Assembly (NCBI GenBank): GCA_041674805.1
Contig: JBAYVA010000002.1
Location: forward strand, 184,294-248,293
DNA from: Candidatus Magasanikiibacteriota bacterium
Lineage (GTDB): Bacteria > Patescibacteriota > Patescibacteriia > Magasanikbacterales > UBA922
DNA: 64,000 nt
Direction of reading: 5' to 3'
A program made the position numbers and the translations under genes. Shown here in pieces: positions 1 through 9,077 of the stretch. Below the pieces are notes generated by a model. The model did not search any database. It had not been told where the DNA came from and worked only from the letters and a program-made list of their open reading frames with translations. The first letter of the stretch is position 1, and each line of letters begins with the position of its first letter.

Positions 1-905
1 GTGTACATGAGGGTTCAAACATTTGGATGACTCCATATAGTGCAGATCGTGTCATAAAAGTAAATACTAATACAGGTGAGATGATTGGCTACAATAGTTG
101 GCCGGCTGGTTTTACAAAAGGAAATAATGCTTTTCGTAGTAGTGTATACGATGGAACAAATATTTGGTTGATTCCATTTAATGCAGATCGTGTTATAAAA
201 GTAAATACTAATACAGGTGAAATGATTGGCTATGATAGTTGGCCAGCTGGTTTTACAAAAGGATTCTCTGCTTTTGCGGGAAGTGTATATGATGGCACAA
301 ATATTTGGATGATTCCACATAATGCAGACCGTGTAATAAAGATAAATACTAATACAGGTGAGATGACTGGCTATAATAGTTGGCCAGCTGGTTTTACAAA
401 AGGATTCGTTTCTTTTGCAGGAGGTGTATATGATGGCACAAATGTTTGGATGATCCCACATACTGCAGATCGTGTTATAAAAGTAAATACTAATACAGGT
501 GAAATGATTGGCTATGATAGTTGGCCAGCTGGTTTTACAAAAGGAGCTGCTGCTTTTACAGGAGGTGTATATGACGGTTCGAATGTTTGGATGATCCCGC
601 AAGATGCAGATCGTGTTATAAAAGTAAATGCTAATACAGGTGAGATGACTGGCTATAATAGTTGGCCAGCTGGTTTTACAAAAGGAGGGTATGCTTTTGT
701 TGGAGGTGTATATGACGGTTCGAATGTTTGGATGATTCCATTAGATGCAGATCGTGTTATAAAAGTAAATGCTAGTACAGGTGAGATGACTGGCTATAAT
801 AGTTGGCCAGCGGGTTATACAGGTAGTTTTTGGAATTTTACCGGAGGTATATATGATGGTTCAAATATTTGGATGATTCCACATAATGCAGATCGTGTTA
901 TAAAA
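1..905. repeat. Eight tandem in-frame 141-nt coding repeats (47 aa each) inside the surface-protein gene.
   Basis: 'gcagatcgtgt(c/t)ataaaagtaaatactaatacaggtga' recurs starting at 42, 183, 324, 465, 606, 747 and 888. The minus-strand ORF 15..602 is a shadow ORF of this repeat. Confidence 0.85.
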
Positions 906-3122
906 ATTTCTACTATACCAAACGCTGCCCCAACCCTCACATCCCTCACCGCCACTCCTGCCACCAATGGCACTGGCAATGTTAGTATCGTGGCTACTGT
1001 AAGTGATGCTGACGCAAACACAAGTAAAATATCATATCACTACGAAAGCGGAACTTGTGGAAGTTTTAATTATCAAGATACAACTACAACAACTTTAAGT
1101 GCTTCTGTGGGTACTGGTAGTGTAGTAATATTAAATAATGAAGCGACAAATATTTCTACTGCTTCAGCTAATACGGTTACTTCTACCTGGAATACTCTAT
1201 CAGATTCTCTATCTTTAGCCAACGGCCCTTACTGTATCTACGCTTTCGCAAATGATGGTACTGTAGATTCAAGTGTTGTTACCACTACTGTCACTCTAGA
1301 TAACGTCGCTCCAGATTATGCTACTATAACTAGTTTTGACAACACCTCAACTACTGTTTATGGTGTCTGGGGAGCAGTCAGTGATACAAATGGTCCAGTA
1401 CTTTACCAAACACAAATAAATCCAGGTAGTACTTCAATATATTTTAATGGACTTAATACTAATCATAGTAATTTGACTCCTAATACACAGTATTCTTGGC
1501 AAATAAGAACTAAAGATGCTTATGGTAATACTAAAGGTTTCAATACCTCCACAAGTACTTACACCAACCCCGCTCAACCTCTCTCTGTCTCAGCCATCGC
1601 CAACGGCCAAACAGCTACCATCGTATCCTGGGAAGCAAACAATAACCCAACTAGTACTGCTTACCGTGTTTATAACGTAAACAAAGGTACTTTGTCAGAT
1701 CCAGTATATACAACAAAAACTACAATCACTGGTCTTTCTAGTGCTTCAAATTATACTTTCAAAGTTAGAGCTTATTACAACTCAGATAATACTACTTATG
1801 TAGAATCAGATGCTACGCAAACAGTTACCACCGCAGCACCAGCTAGAACTGTTGTTATGACTTTGCTTACCTCAGATGATAACGTCATCCCTGCTTACAC
1901 TTTCGTCGGCGTTAGAGAATCTCATACTGTACAATTAGAAGCTATTGTTACTAGTACTGATCCACTAGTCTTACCAAAGGCTAGACTTACTCTACGTTCT
2001 ACTCCAGTCACCGTTACTCTAGCCGCTGGTGAAAGCCAAAATGTAGATACTAATGGTAATGGTACAAATGATACCACAGTTACCGTTAATAGTGTTGATG
2101 AAAATACTGGAGAAGTAAATTTCACTTTAATACATATCCCACAAGGTGGTAGTATGATTGTGCAAAATCCACCAAAAGTAATAAATAGTAGTGGTAGAGC
2201 ATTAAGTATTAATGAAGATGCTAAAACAACTGTTAGTAAAATAGTAAAATTAAAATTAGATATTAGTAACGCTAGTCAAATGGCTGTGTCTAATGATCCA
2301 GACTTCACTAATGCCTCATTTGAAACATATAGTAGTAGTAAAGAATGGACACTAACTGACGGAAATGGTACTAAAATAGTTTACGTCAAATTTAGAGCTC
2401 CAGATGGTAGTAGTATCGTCTACTCAGATACTATAGAATTAATGGGACAAAGCTTCGCTGACCCAAATAGTATAAAAAATCAAGAGCTGTTGAATAAAAT
2501 AGAAGATAAGATAAGTTGTCCAGTAATAACTGAACAATCGTACCAAGTAAAAGGTGAGAAAGCAGTGTATTATGTAACAAAAGAATGTACAAAGAGAGTT
2601 TTTAAAAGATCAGAAGTGTACTTTACATATTTTGGAAGTTGGAAAGAAGTAAAAAGTATCGAGAAAGATATCTTAAATAAAATAAGTAATGATAAATTGG
2701 ACTTCATGCCAATGGGACCAAAATATGATCCAAAATATGGCGCTCTCGTTAAAGTAGTTAATGATCCAAAAGTATACCTTCTTCTAAATGAGAATAAATA
2801 TTGGATCACTAATGAAAATACCTTCAATAAATTAAATTATAATTGGAATTGGATAGAAGATGTAGATCAAAGATTGTTGGATAAATATACTACAAAAGAA
2901 GAAATCTTAAATATAATAAACCATCCCAATTATACTCTCGTAAAATACCAAAACGATCCAAAGGTTTATCGTATAGAACCAAACTCAACTGATATTACTA
3001 AACAAGTAAAACGTCACATTCCAAACGAAGCAGAATTCAATAAACTAAACTTCAGATTTGACCGTGTTGTCACTATTCCAGCGACAGAAGTCTATGAGAC
3101 AGGTGCAGAACTAAAGTCTTAG
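1..3122 (+). CDS. Large secreted or surface repeat protein, 5'-partial because the repeat reading frame continues to base 1. It has eight 47-aa repeats, then Thr/Ser-rich fibronectin-III-like modules, then a C-terminal region with duplicated 'NDPKVY...KYWI...FNKLN' modules.
   Basis: The ORF 27..3122 is open upstream in the same frame: VHEGSNIWMTPYSADRVIKV at bases 3-60 matches the repeat consensus. The unit ADRVIKVNTNTGEM(I/T)GY(N/D)SWPAGFTKG...VYDG(T/S)N(I/V)WMIP recurs with 141-nt periodicity. The C-terminal modules read 'KYDPKYGALVKVVNDPKVYLLLNENKYWITNENTFNKLNYNWNWI' and 'LVKYQNDPKVYRIEPNS...EAEFNKLNFRFDRV'. Confidence 0.75.
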   Translation, partial: VHEGSNIWMTPYSADRVIKVNTNTGEMIGYNSWPAGFTKGNNAFRSSVYDGTNIWLIPFNADRVIKVNTNTGEMIGYDSWPAGFTKGFSAFAGSVYDGTNIWMIPHNADRVIKINTNTGEMTGYNSWPAGFTKGFVSFAGGVYDGTNVWMIPHTADRVIKVNTNTGEMIGYDSWPAGFTKGAAAFTGGVYDGSNVWMIPQDADRVIKVNANTGEMTGYNSWPAGFTKGGYAFVGGVYDGSNVWMIPLDADRVIKVNASTGEMTGYNSWPAGYTGSFWNFTGGIYDGSNIWMIPHNADRVIKISTIPNAAPTLTSLTATPATNGTGNVSIVATVSDADANTSKISYHYESGTCGSFNYQDTTTTTLSASVGTGSVVILNNEATNISTASANTVTSTWNTLSDSLSLANGPYCIYAFANDGTVDSSVVTTTVTLDNVAPDYATITSFDNTSTTVYGVWGAVSDTNGPVLYQTQINPGSTSIYFNGLNTNHSNLTPNTQYSWQIRTKDAYGNTKGFNTSTSTYTNPAQPLSVSAIANGQTATIVSWEANNNPTSTAYRVYNVNKGTLSDPVYTTKTTITGLSSASNYTFKVRAYYNSDNTTYVESDATQTVTTAAPARTVVMTLLTSDDNVIPAYTFVGVRESHTVQLEAIVTSTDPLVLPKARLTLRSTPVTVTLAAGESQNVDTNGNGTNDTTVTVNSVDENTGEVNFTLIHIPQGGSMIVQNPPKVINSSGRALSINEDAKTTVSKIVKLKLDISNASQMAVSNDPDFTNASFETYSSSKEWTLTDGNGTKIVYVKFRAPDGSSIVYSDTIELMGQSFADPNSIKNQELLNKIEDKISCPVITEQSYQVKGEKAVYYVTKECTKRVFKRSEVYFTYFGSWKEVKSIEKDILNKISNDKLDFMPMGPKYDPKYGALVKVVNDPKVYLLLNENKYWITNENTFNKLNYNWNWIEDVDQRLLDKYTTKEEILNIINHPNYTLVKYQNDPKVYRIEPNSTDITKQVKRHIPNEAEFNKLNFRFDRVVTIPATEVYETGAELKS

Positions 3123-3196
3123 ACAATTAAACACTTCGTTACCTGATCATTTGAATACTCTAAAACCTAGTAACCTAAAACCTAATAACTTAAAAC

Positions 3197-3224
3197 AATC
3201 TCTTTGCGGAGATTGTTTTTGTTT
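3197..3224 (+). terminator. Rho-independent terminator after the surface-protein gene.
   Basis: aatctcTTTGCGgagatt followed by gtttttgttt. Confidence 0.6.
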
Positions 3225-3382
3225 GGGTGATTGATTGGTAGTGTGATTAGGTGATATAGTGATAAAGTGACAGATTGATAAGGTTACAAAGTGCTTAAGT
3301 TGTGGAGTTAAGATGTCTTGCCAGACTGTCAAAAATCTAGTATAATAGCTCTATAATTTTAGTCGTTTAAAATCATTAATTT

Positions 3383-3997
3383 ATGCATATTTCTTGGCTT
3401 GGCAATAGTGCCATAAAAATTCAGACAAAGCCTTTTGACAAAGATGTTACAATTGTCATAGATGCCTACAAACAAGCAAAAGGTAATTCCCCACGTAGTC
3501 TTACACCTGATATAGCTCTTTTTACTCATGGTGAAGAAGAGATTATTACTTTGTCAGGAGAACCTTTTATTTTTTCTACACCAGGTGAGATAGATGTAAA
3601 AGGTGTTTTAATTACAGCTGTTGAAGGTCATAATCCTGGTGAAATAATGTTGCGTATAGATGCAGAGAGTATGACATTGGTTCATGTTGGTATGGTAAGT
3701 AAACAATTGAATGCTAAACAAGTAGAAATATTGGCAGGTGCCGATATATTGTGTTTGCCTGTAGGACATCCAAATTCTTTTGATGCTGAGTCTGCTGTAA
3801 AAATGGTTACAGAGCTTGAACCTAGAGTAGTAATTCCTTATGCTTTTCATTCGGACAATGATCCTGATGCAAAAGCAATTGATGGTTTCTTAAAAGAAAT
3901 TGGCAGTAAAGGTGTACAACCAGAAACAAAAGTAATATTGAAAGAAAAAGATTTACCACAAGAAGAAATGCAAGTAGTTGTATTGGAAAAGGAATAA
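3383..3997 (+). CDS. MBL-fold metal-dependent hydrolase (UPF0173-like).
   Basis: The N-terminus 'MHISWLGNSAIKIQT', then 'ALFTHGEEE' and a 'VGHPNSFD' segment resemble beta-lactamase-fold hydrolases. Confidence 0.55.
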   Translation: MHISWLGNSAIKIQTKPFDKDVTIVIDAYKQAKGNSPRSLTPDIALFTHGEEEIITLSGEPFIFSTPGEIDVKGVLITAVEGHNPGEIMLRIDAESMTLVHVGMVSKQLNAKQVEILAGADILCLPVGHPNSFDAESAVKMVTELEPRVVIPYAFHSDNDPDAKAIDGFLKEIGSKGVQPETKVILKEKDLPQEEMQVVVLEKE

Positions 3998-4020
3998 ATT
4001 ATCTATTTATCTAAAATAGT

Positions 4021-4662
4021 ATGCCTGTCAGCAAAAAGAGCCCTAAAAAAGCTTCCAAAAAACAATCTAAAAGCAAAAAAATAGCCAAAAAAACTGTTGC
4101 TAAAAAGGTAAACAAAAATGATAAAGAAATGCAGGAAATAAAAAAAGCTGTGAAAGATTTACCAAATATTTTAGCTCAAGAATTCAAAAATATTTCTGTT
4201 GAAAAAACTTTGGATATAAAACCAGTATTGGTTGCTCGTGAAGAAAAATCAATTCCTTTCGATGTTGCCAAAACTCCAGAAATTTCTGAGGTTTATATTG
4301 CCCCCAAAAATAGTCGTTTGTGGCTTTGGTCTGCTGTTAGTTTGTTTACTGTTATTATTTTAGCTTTATGGGTTTTGAGTGTAAGTAATTTATTTTATAA
4401 TTCAAAAAATTCACCAGATAATCCTTTGGAATCTTTGAAAGGTAGCAAAGAAGAATTAAAAGGGATATTCAAAAATTTTGAAGATAGTAAACCTACTACT
4501 ACCATAAAAGATATTATTGGAGAAAGCATGTTTACTACTTCTACGGTGTCTAGTACATTGAGTACGACTACTGTAGATGTAAAAAAAATTGAAGAAGCTA
4601 TATCTGGTTTGTTTGTAAGTAGTAGTGATAATAATTTAATAGTAACAAATACAAAAGAATAA
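4021..4662 (+). CDS. Hypothetical membrane protein with a Lys-rich, histone-H1-like N-terminal tail and a single TM helix.
   Basis: Starts MPVSKKSPKKASKKQSKSKKIAKKTVAKK; the hydrophobic segment is LWLWSAVSLFTVIILALWVLSV. Confidence 0.5.
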   Translation: MPVSKKSPKKASKKQSKSKKIAKKTVAKKVNKNDKEMQEIKKAVKDLPNILAQEFKNISVEKTLDIKPVLVAREEKSIPFDVAKTPEISEVYIAPKNSRLWLWSAVSLFTVIILALWVLSVSNLFYNSKNSPDNPLESLKGSKEELKGIFKNFEDSKPTTTIKDIIGESMFTTSTVSSTLSTTTVDVKKIEEAISGLFVSSSDNNLIVTNTKE

Positions 4663-4684
4663 TAGTGAAATTAATTAAAAAAAT

Positions 4685-7192
4685 ATGGCACGTTTGAAAA
4701 GTATTATAAAATCAAAAAGTAGCACTGAAGAGAGTGCTGTGGAGGGAACTATTGTCGAAAAAATCGAACCTATCAATTTGGTGAAAGAAATGGAAACATC
4801 TTATTTGGATTATGCTATGAGTGTTATCGTTTCTCGTGCTTTGCCAGATGTGCGCGATGGTCTAAAACCTGTGCATCGTCGTATTTTGTATGCTATGTGG
4901 GAACTTGGTCTCAAACATAATTCTAAGTTTCGTAAATCAGCGCATGTGGTTGGTGGCGTAATGGCCAAATTCCATCCGCATGGTGATAGTGCTATTTATG
5001 ATTCGTTGGTACGTATGGCCCAAGATTTCAATATGCGTGAAATGTTGGTAAATGGTCAAGGTAACTTTGGTTCAATGGACGGAGATGGTGCTGCTGCTAT
5101 GCGTTATACAGAAGCCAAACTTCGTGCGATTGCTGAAGAATTGATTTTTGATATTGAAAAAAATACTGTAAATTTTTCACCTACTTATGATGGCTCTTAT
5201 AGAGAACCAAATGTTTTGCCTGCCAAATTACCAAATTTACTTTTGAATGGTAGTATGGGTATTGCGGTTGGTATGGCTACAAATATTCCTCCACATAATC
5301 TGACAGAACTTTGTGATGGTATTATGGCCTTGATTGAAAATCCAAAATTAGGAATTGAAGAATTAGGAAATTATATCAAAGGACCAGATTTCCCAACTGG
5401 TGGTATTATTTATAACAAAAAAGATATTGAAGTAGCTTATGCTACTGGACGTGGTGGTATTGTGATGCGTGCTAAAACAGATATTCAAGAATCTGAAAAA
5501 AATGATAAAATGCAAATTATCATTACCGAAGTTCCTTATCAAGTAAACAAAGCAACTTTGATAGAAAAAATTGCGAGCTTAGTACAAGAAAAGAAAATTG
5601 AAGGTATCAAAGATTTGCGTGATGAATCAAACAAAGAAGGTGTCAGAATTGTGATTGAGTTGAAAAAAGATTCTTATCCAAAAAAAGTTTTGAACAAACT
5701 TTTCAAATTAACAGAATTGCAAACAACTTTTCACGTTAATATGTTGGCTCTTGTAGATGGTATTCAGCCTCGTGTTTTGAATTTGAAAACTATTTTGGAA
5801 GAATACTTGAAACATCGTCAAATAGTTGTGCGTCGTCGTACTCAATTTGATTTGGATAAAGCTTTGGATAGAGCTCATATTTTGGAAGGTTTGAAAAAAG
5901 CTTTGGACAAAATTGATCTTATTATTGCTCTTATTCGAAAATCAAAAGACAAAGATGAAGCCAAAATAAATTTGATGGAAAAATTTTCTTTTACCGAAAA
6001 GCAAACTATGGCAATTTTGGAAATGAGATTGCAACAACTTGCTAATTTGGAACGTCAAAAAATAGAAGATGAACTTAAAGAAAAACAAAAATTGATTGCA
6101 GAATTAGAAGCTATTTTGAAGAGTGAAAAAAGAATTATGAGTATTATCAAATCTGAAGTAGAAACTATTAGACAAGTTTATGGTAATGCTAGACGTACTC
6201 AAATTGTTTCTCATGGTGTCAAAGAATTTAATATTGAAGATTTGGTACCAAATGAACCAACTCTTATTATCTCTACTCGTGATGGTTATATCAAACGTTT
6301 GCCTCCAGATACTTTCAAACAACAAAGCCGTGGTGGCAAAGGTGTGATTGGTTTGACCACCAAAGAAGAAGATGTTGTAGACAAAATTATTTCTACCAAT
6401 ACTCATGATAATATTTTGTTTTTTACTACACGTGGTCGTGTATTTCAATTAAGTGCTTATGATATACCTTTGACTGCTCGTACCTCAAAAGGACAAGCTT
6501 TGGTAAATTTCTTACAACTTGCACCAAATGAAAAAGTTTCTGTATTTTTGTCACTTGCTAATTTGAGTAGTTATGAATCATTAGTGATGGTGACAAGTAA
6601 AGGTAATATCAAAAAAACTAAGATTGAAGATTTTAAACACGTTCGCAAATCTGGTTTGATTGCTTTAAAACTAAAAGAAAATGATTTGTTGGAATGGGTA
6701 CAACCAACAGCTGGTAACAATGATGTGATGATTACTACTTCTATGGGTCAATCTATTAGATTTAGAGAAAAAGATGTTCGTCCAATGGGTCGTACTGCTT
6801 CCGGTGTACGTGCTATCAAATTAAAATCAACAGATGAAGTAGTAGGTATGAGTATTTTGGATAATAGTTTGGTAAAAATGAAAGTCTTGGAATTGTTGGT
6901 AGTCTCTGAAAATGGTTTAGGCAAGAAAACTAAAGTCAATGAATACAAAGTGCAAGGTCGTGGTGGTAGTGGTATCAAGACGATGGCTGTTACTTCCAAA
7001 ACCGGTAAAATTATTAGTAGTCAGATGGTAAATAGTACTGAAGAAAAAGATATTATGATAATTTCGGTCAAAGGACAAGTCATTCGTACTTCTCTTAAGA
7101 GTATTTCTACTCTTGGCAGAGCGACTCAAGGTGTTCGTATTATGCGTTTCAAGCAAGAAGGGGACAAAGTAGCAGCGATAGCATTTGTTTAA
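4685..7192 (+). CDS. gyrA: DNA gyrase subunit A.
   Basis: YAMSVIVSRALPDVRDGLKPVHRRILYAM and the catalytic-Tyr region; 835 aa with C-terminal beta-pinwheel repeats. Confidence 0.95.
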   Translation: MARLKSIIKSKSSTEESAVEGTIVEKIEPINLVKEMETSYLDYAMSVIVSRALPDVRDGLKPVHRRILYAMWELGLKHNSKFRKSAHVVGGVMAKFHPHGDSAIYDSLVRMAQDFNMREMLVNGQGNFGSMDGDGAAAMRYTEAKLRAIAEELIFDIEKNTVNFSPTYDGSYREPNVLPAKLPNLLLNGSMGIAVGMATNIPPHNLTELCDGIMALIENPKLGIEELGNYIKGPDFPTGGIIYNKKDIEVAYATGRGGIVMRAKTDIQESEKNDKMQIIITEVPYQVNKATLIEKIASLVQEKKIEGIKDLRDESNKEGVRIVIELKKDSYPKKVLNKLFKLTELQTTFHVNMLALVDGIQPRVLNLKTILEEYLKHRQIVVRRRTQFDLDKALDRAHILEGLKKALDKIDLIIALIRKSKDKDEAKINLMEKFSFTEKQTMAILEMRLQQLANLERQKIEDELKEKQKLIAELEAILKSEKRIMSIIKSEVETIRQVYGNARRTQIVSHGVKEFNIEDLVPNEPTLIISTRDGYIKRLPPDTFKQQSRGGKGVIGLTTKEEDVVDKIISTNTHDNILFFTTRGRVFQLSAYDIPLTARTSKGQALVNFLQLAPNEKVSVFLSLANLSSYESLVMVTSKGNIKKTKIEDFKHVRKSGLIALKLKENDLLEWVQPTAGNNDVMITTSMGQSIRFREKDVRPMGRTASGVRAIKLKSTDEVVGMSILDNSLVKMKVLELLVVSENGLGKKTKVNEYKVQGRGGSGIKTMAVTSKTGKIISSQMVNSTEEKDIMIISVKGQVIRTSLKSISTLGRATQGVRIMRFKQEGDKVAAIAFV

Positions 7193-7244
7193 GATGCGGA
7201 TAAATGCAGATTTGAACGCTGATTTAAGCAAAATTTTTAGAAAG

Positions 7245-7272
7245 GACTCGTTATAAAGACGGGTCTTTTTTT
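7245..7272 (+). terminator. Rho-independent terminator after gyrA.
   Basis: gactcg-ttataaaga-cgggtc followed by ttttttt. Confidence 0.65.
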
Positions 7273-7640
7273 GTAGCAGATACAGCCATCAGCAAATACA
7301 GCAGACTCAGCAGATTAAGCAAATATAAATGTTATTATCACCTAATCACTTTGTCACCTAAACACTTGATCACTTTATCACTTAAACACTCTAACACACC
7401 TAAAACCTAGTTCACCTATAACCTAACACCTAATACCTAGAACCTAATTCACCTAAACTCCCTTGACAAATAAAAAGTTTTTTGATATATTAGGCAAGCC
7501 TCAAAAGCCTTTATTTTAGGCAAAAAGGTAATTATTTATCCCCAATTTGGGGGCTTAGGTTTACTAATTTTGATACGTGTTACGTGTCTTGTGTTATGTG
7601 ATCCTGGGTTAACTTGCGAGAAATCGCGTTTTATTAAAAT

Positions 7641-8822
7641 ATGTCAAAACAAAATTTTGAAGAACTTTTGAAAGACTATTTTGCTAACATTCCAAAAGTG
7701 AATGATTTAGTAAAAGGAAAAGTTATCGCTATTGATAAAGGTGAAGTACGTGTTGACGTCAACGGTATTATCGTTGGTGTGGTACGTGGACCTGAACTTT
7801 TCACAGAATCAAAAGAATTCTCAGATATCAAAGTAGGTGACGAAGTAGAAGCTACTGTTATCGAAGACGAAAATGAAAACGGTGAAATGGAATTATCTTT
7901 CCGTGTCGCTGGCAACAAATTGGTCTGGAACAGAATGGCAAAAAATGTACAAGAAGGTACTATTGTCAAAGCAAAAATATTGGCAGCTAACAAAGGTGGT
8001 TTGATGTTACAATCAGATGCTTTGGTAGGTTTTATGCCTGTATCACAATTGAATCCAAACAATTATCCACGTGTTCAAGGTGGTGACAAAAATAGAATTT
8101 TGGAACACTTGAGAAAATTCATTGGTGAAACTATCAAAGTAAAAGTTATCAATGCTGACATGGATGGAGAAAAACTTATTTTCTCTGAAAAAGAAGTTTG
8201 GGAAGAAGAACAAAAAAATGTATTAGATTCTTTCAAAGTAGGTGATATCGTAGAAGGTGAAGTAAGTGCTCTTACATCATTTGGTGCTTTCATCAAATTT
8301 GGAAAAAATTTAGAAGGTCTTGTACATATTTCTGAAATCGTTTGGCAAAGAATTAGTCACCCTCGTGAAGTGTTAAAAGTAGGTGATAAAATCAAAGCTC
8401 AAATTATTGATTTGAACAAATCAAAGATTTATTTGTCAATCAAGAGATTGGTAGATGATCCTTGGAAAAAAGTAAAAGATACTTATAAAGTTGGTCAAAT
8501 TATCAATGCAGAAGTTCACAAAATTGAACCATTTGGTCTTATGGTCAAACTTGATGAAGAAATTCATGGTTTAGCTCATATTTCTGATTTGAGTGAAAAA
8601 CGTGTACCAGATGCAAAGATGCTTCTTTCAAAATTCACTGTTGGTCAAAAATATAATTTTGAAATTATTTCTATTGAACCAGCTGAACACCGTTTAGGTT
8701 TGAAACTTGAAGGTGTAAATAAAAAAGAAGAAAAGAAAGAAGTTAAAGCTGAAGAAAAAGTGGAAGAAAAAAAAGAATCAGCTCCAGCTGAAGCTCCTGT
8801 TGAAAAAGAAGAAAGTAAATAA
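7641..8822 (+). CDS. rpsA: 30S ribosomal protein S1.
   Basis: Four S1-domain repeats (GKVIAID..., G(D/E)IVEGEV..., VGDKIKAQIIDL...) and an acidic Lys/Glu-rich C-terminus. Confidence 0.9.
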   Translation: MSKQNFEELLKDYFANIPKVNDLVKGKVIAIDKGEVRVDVNGIIVGVVRGPELFTESKEFSDIKVGDEVEATVIEDENENGEMELSFRVAGNKLVWNRMAKNVQEGTIVKAKILAANKGGLMLQSDALVGFMPVSQLNPNNYPRVQGGDKNRILEHLRKFIGETIKVKVINADMDGEKLIFSEKEVWEEEQKNVLDSFKVGDIVEGEVSALTSFGAFIKFGKNLEGLVHISEIVWQRISHPREVLKVGDKIKAQIIDLNKSKIYLSIKRLVDDPWKKVKDTYKVGQIINAEVHKIEPFGLMVKLDEEIHGLAHISDLSEKRVPDAKMLLSKFTVGQKYNFEIISIEPAEHRLGLKLEGVNKKEEKKEVKAEEKVEEKKESAPAEAPVEKEESK

Positions 8823-8833
8823 TATTTACAAAA

Positions 8834-8870
8834 TAAAAAAATCGTCTTGAAAGAGACGATTTTTTATTTT
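8834..8870. terminator. Bidirectional rho-independent terminator (rpsA on + / photolyase on -).
   Basis: aaaaaaatcgtctt-gaaa-gagacgattttttatttt. Confidence 0.7.
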
Positions 8871-9077
8871 TAATTAGTATTTACTTTTGTACTTTATGTC
8901 CTTACTTTTTATAACTAAAAAGTAACAAAAAGTTTTGAGGGGAAAAGAACTCGCTTGTGTTGCCAAGGGCAAAATAATCATTGGCAAACAACGAAGCTCA
9001 GACAGTTTCCCCCTCAAACTCCCCTTGGGTTATTTAAAATAGAGGAAATTGTTTAGTTGAATTAATAATTTTTATTT

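Noticed and set aside
15-602. 195-aa minus-strand ORF overlapping the start of the surface-protein gene.
   Set aside because: Its own sequence is internally repetitive only because it is the antisense of the 141-nt coding repeats. The plus strand carries the coherent long ORF. This is a shadow ORF.
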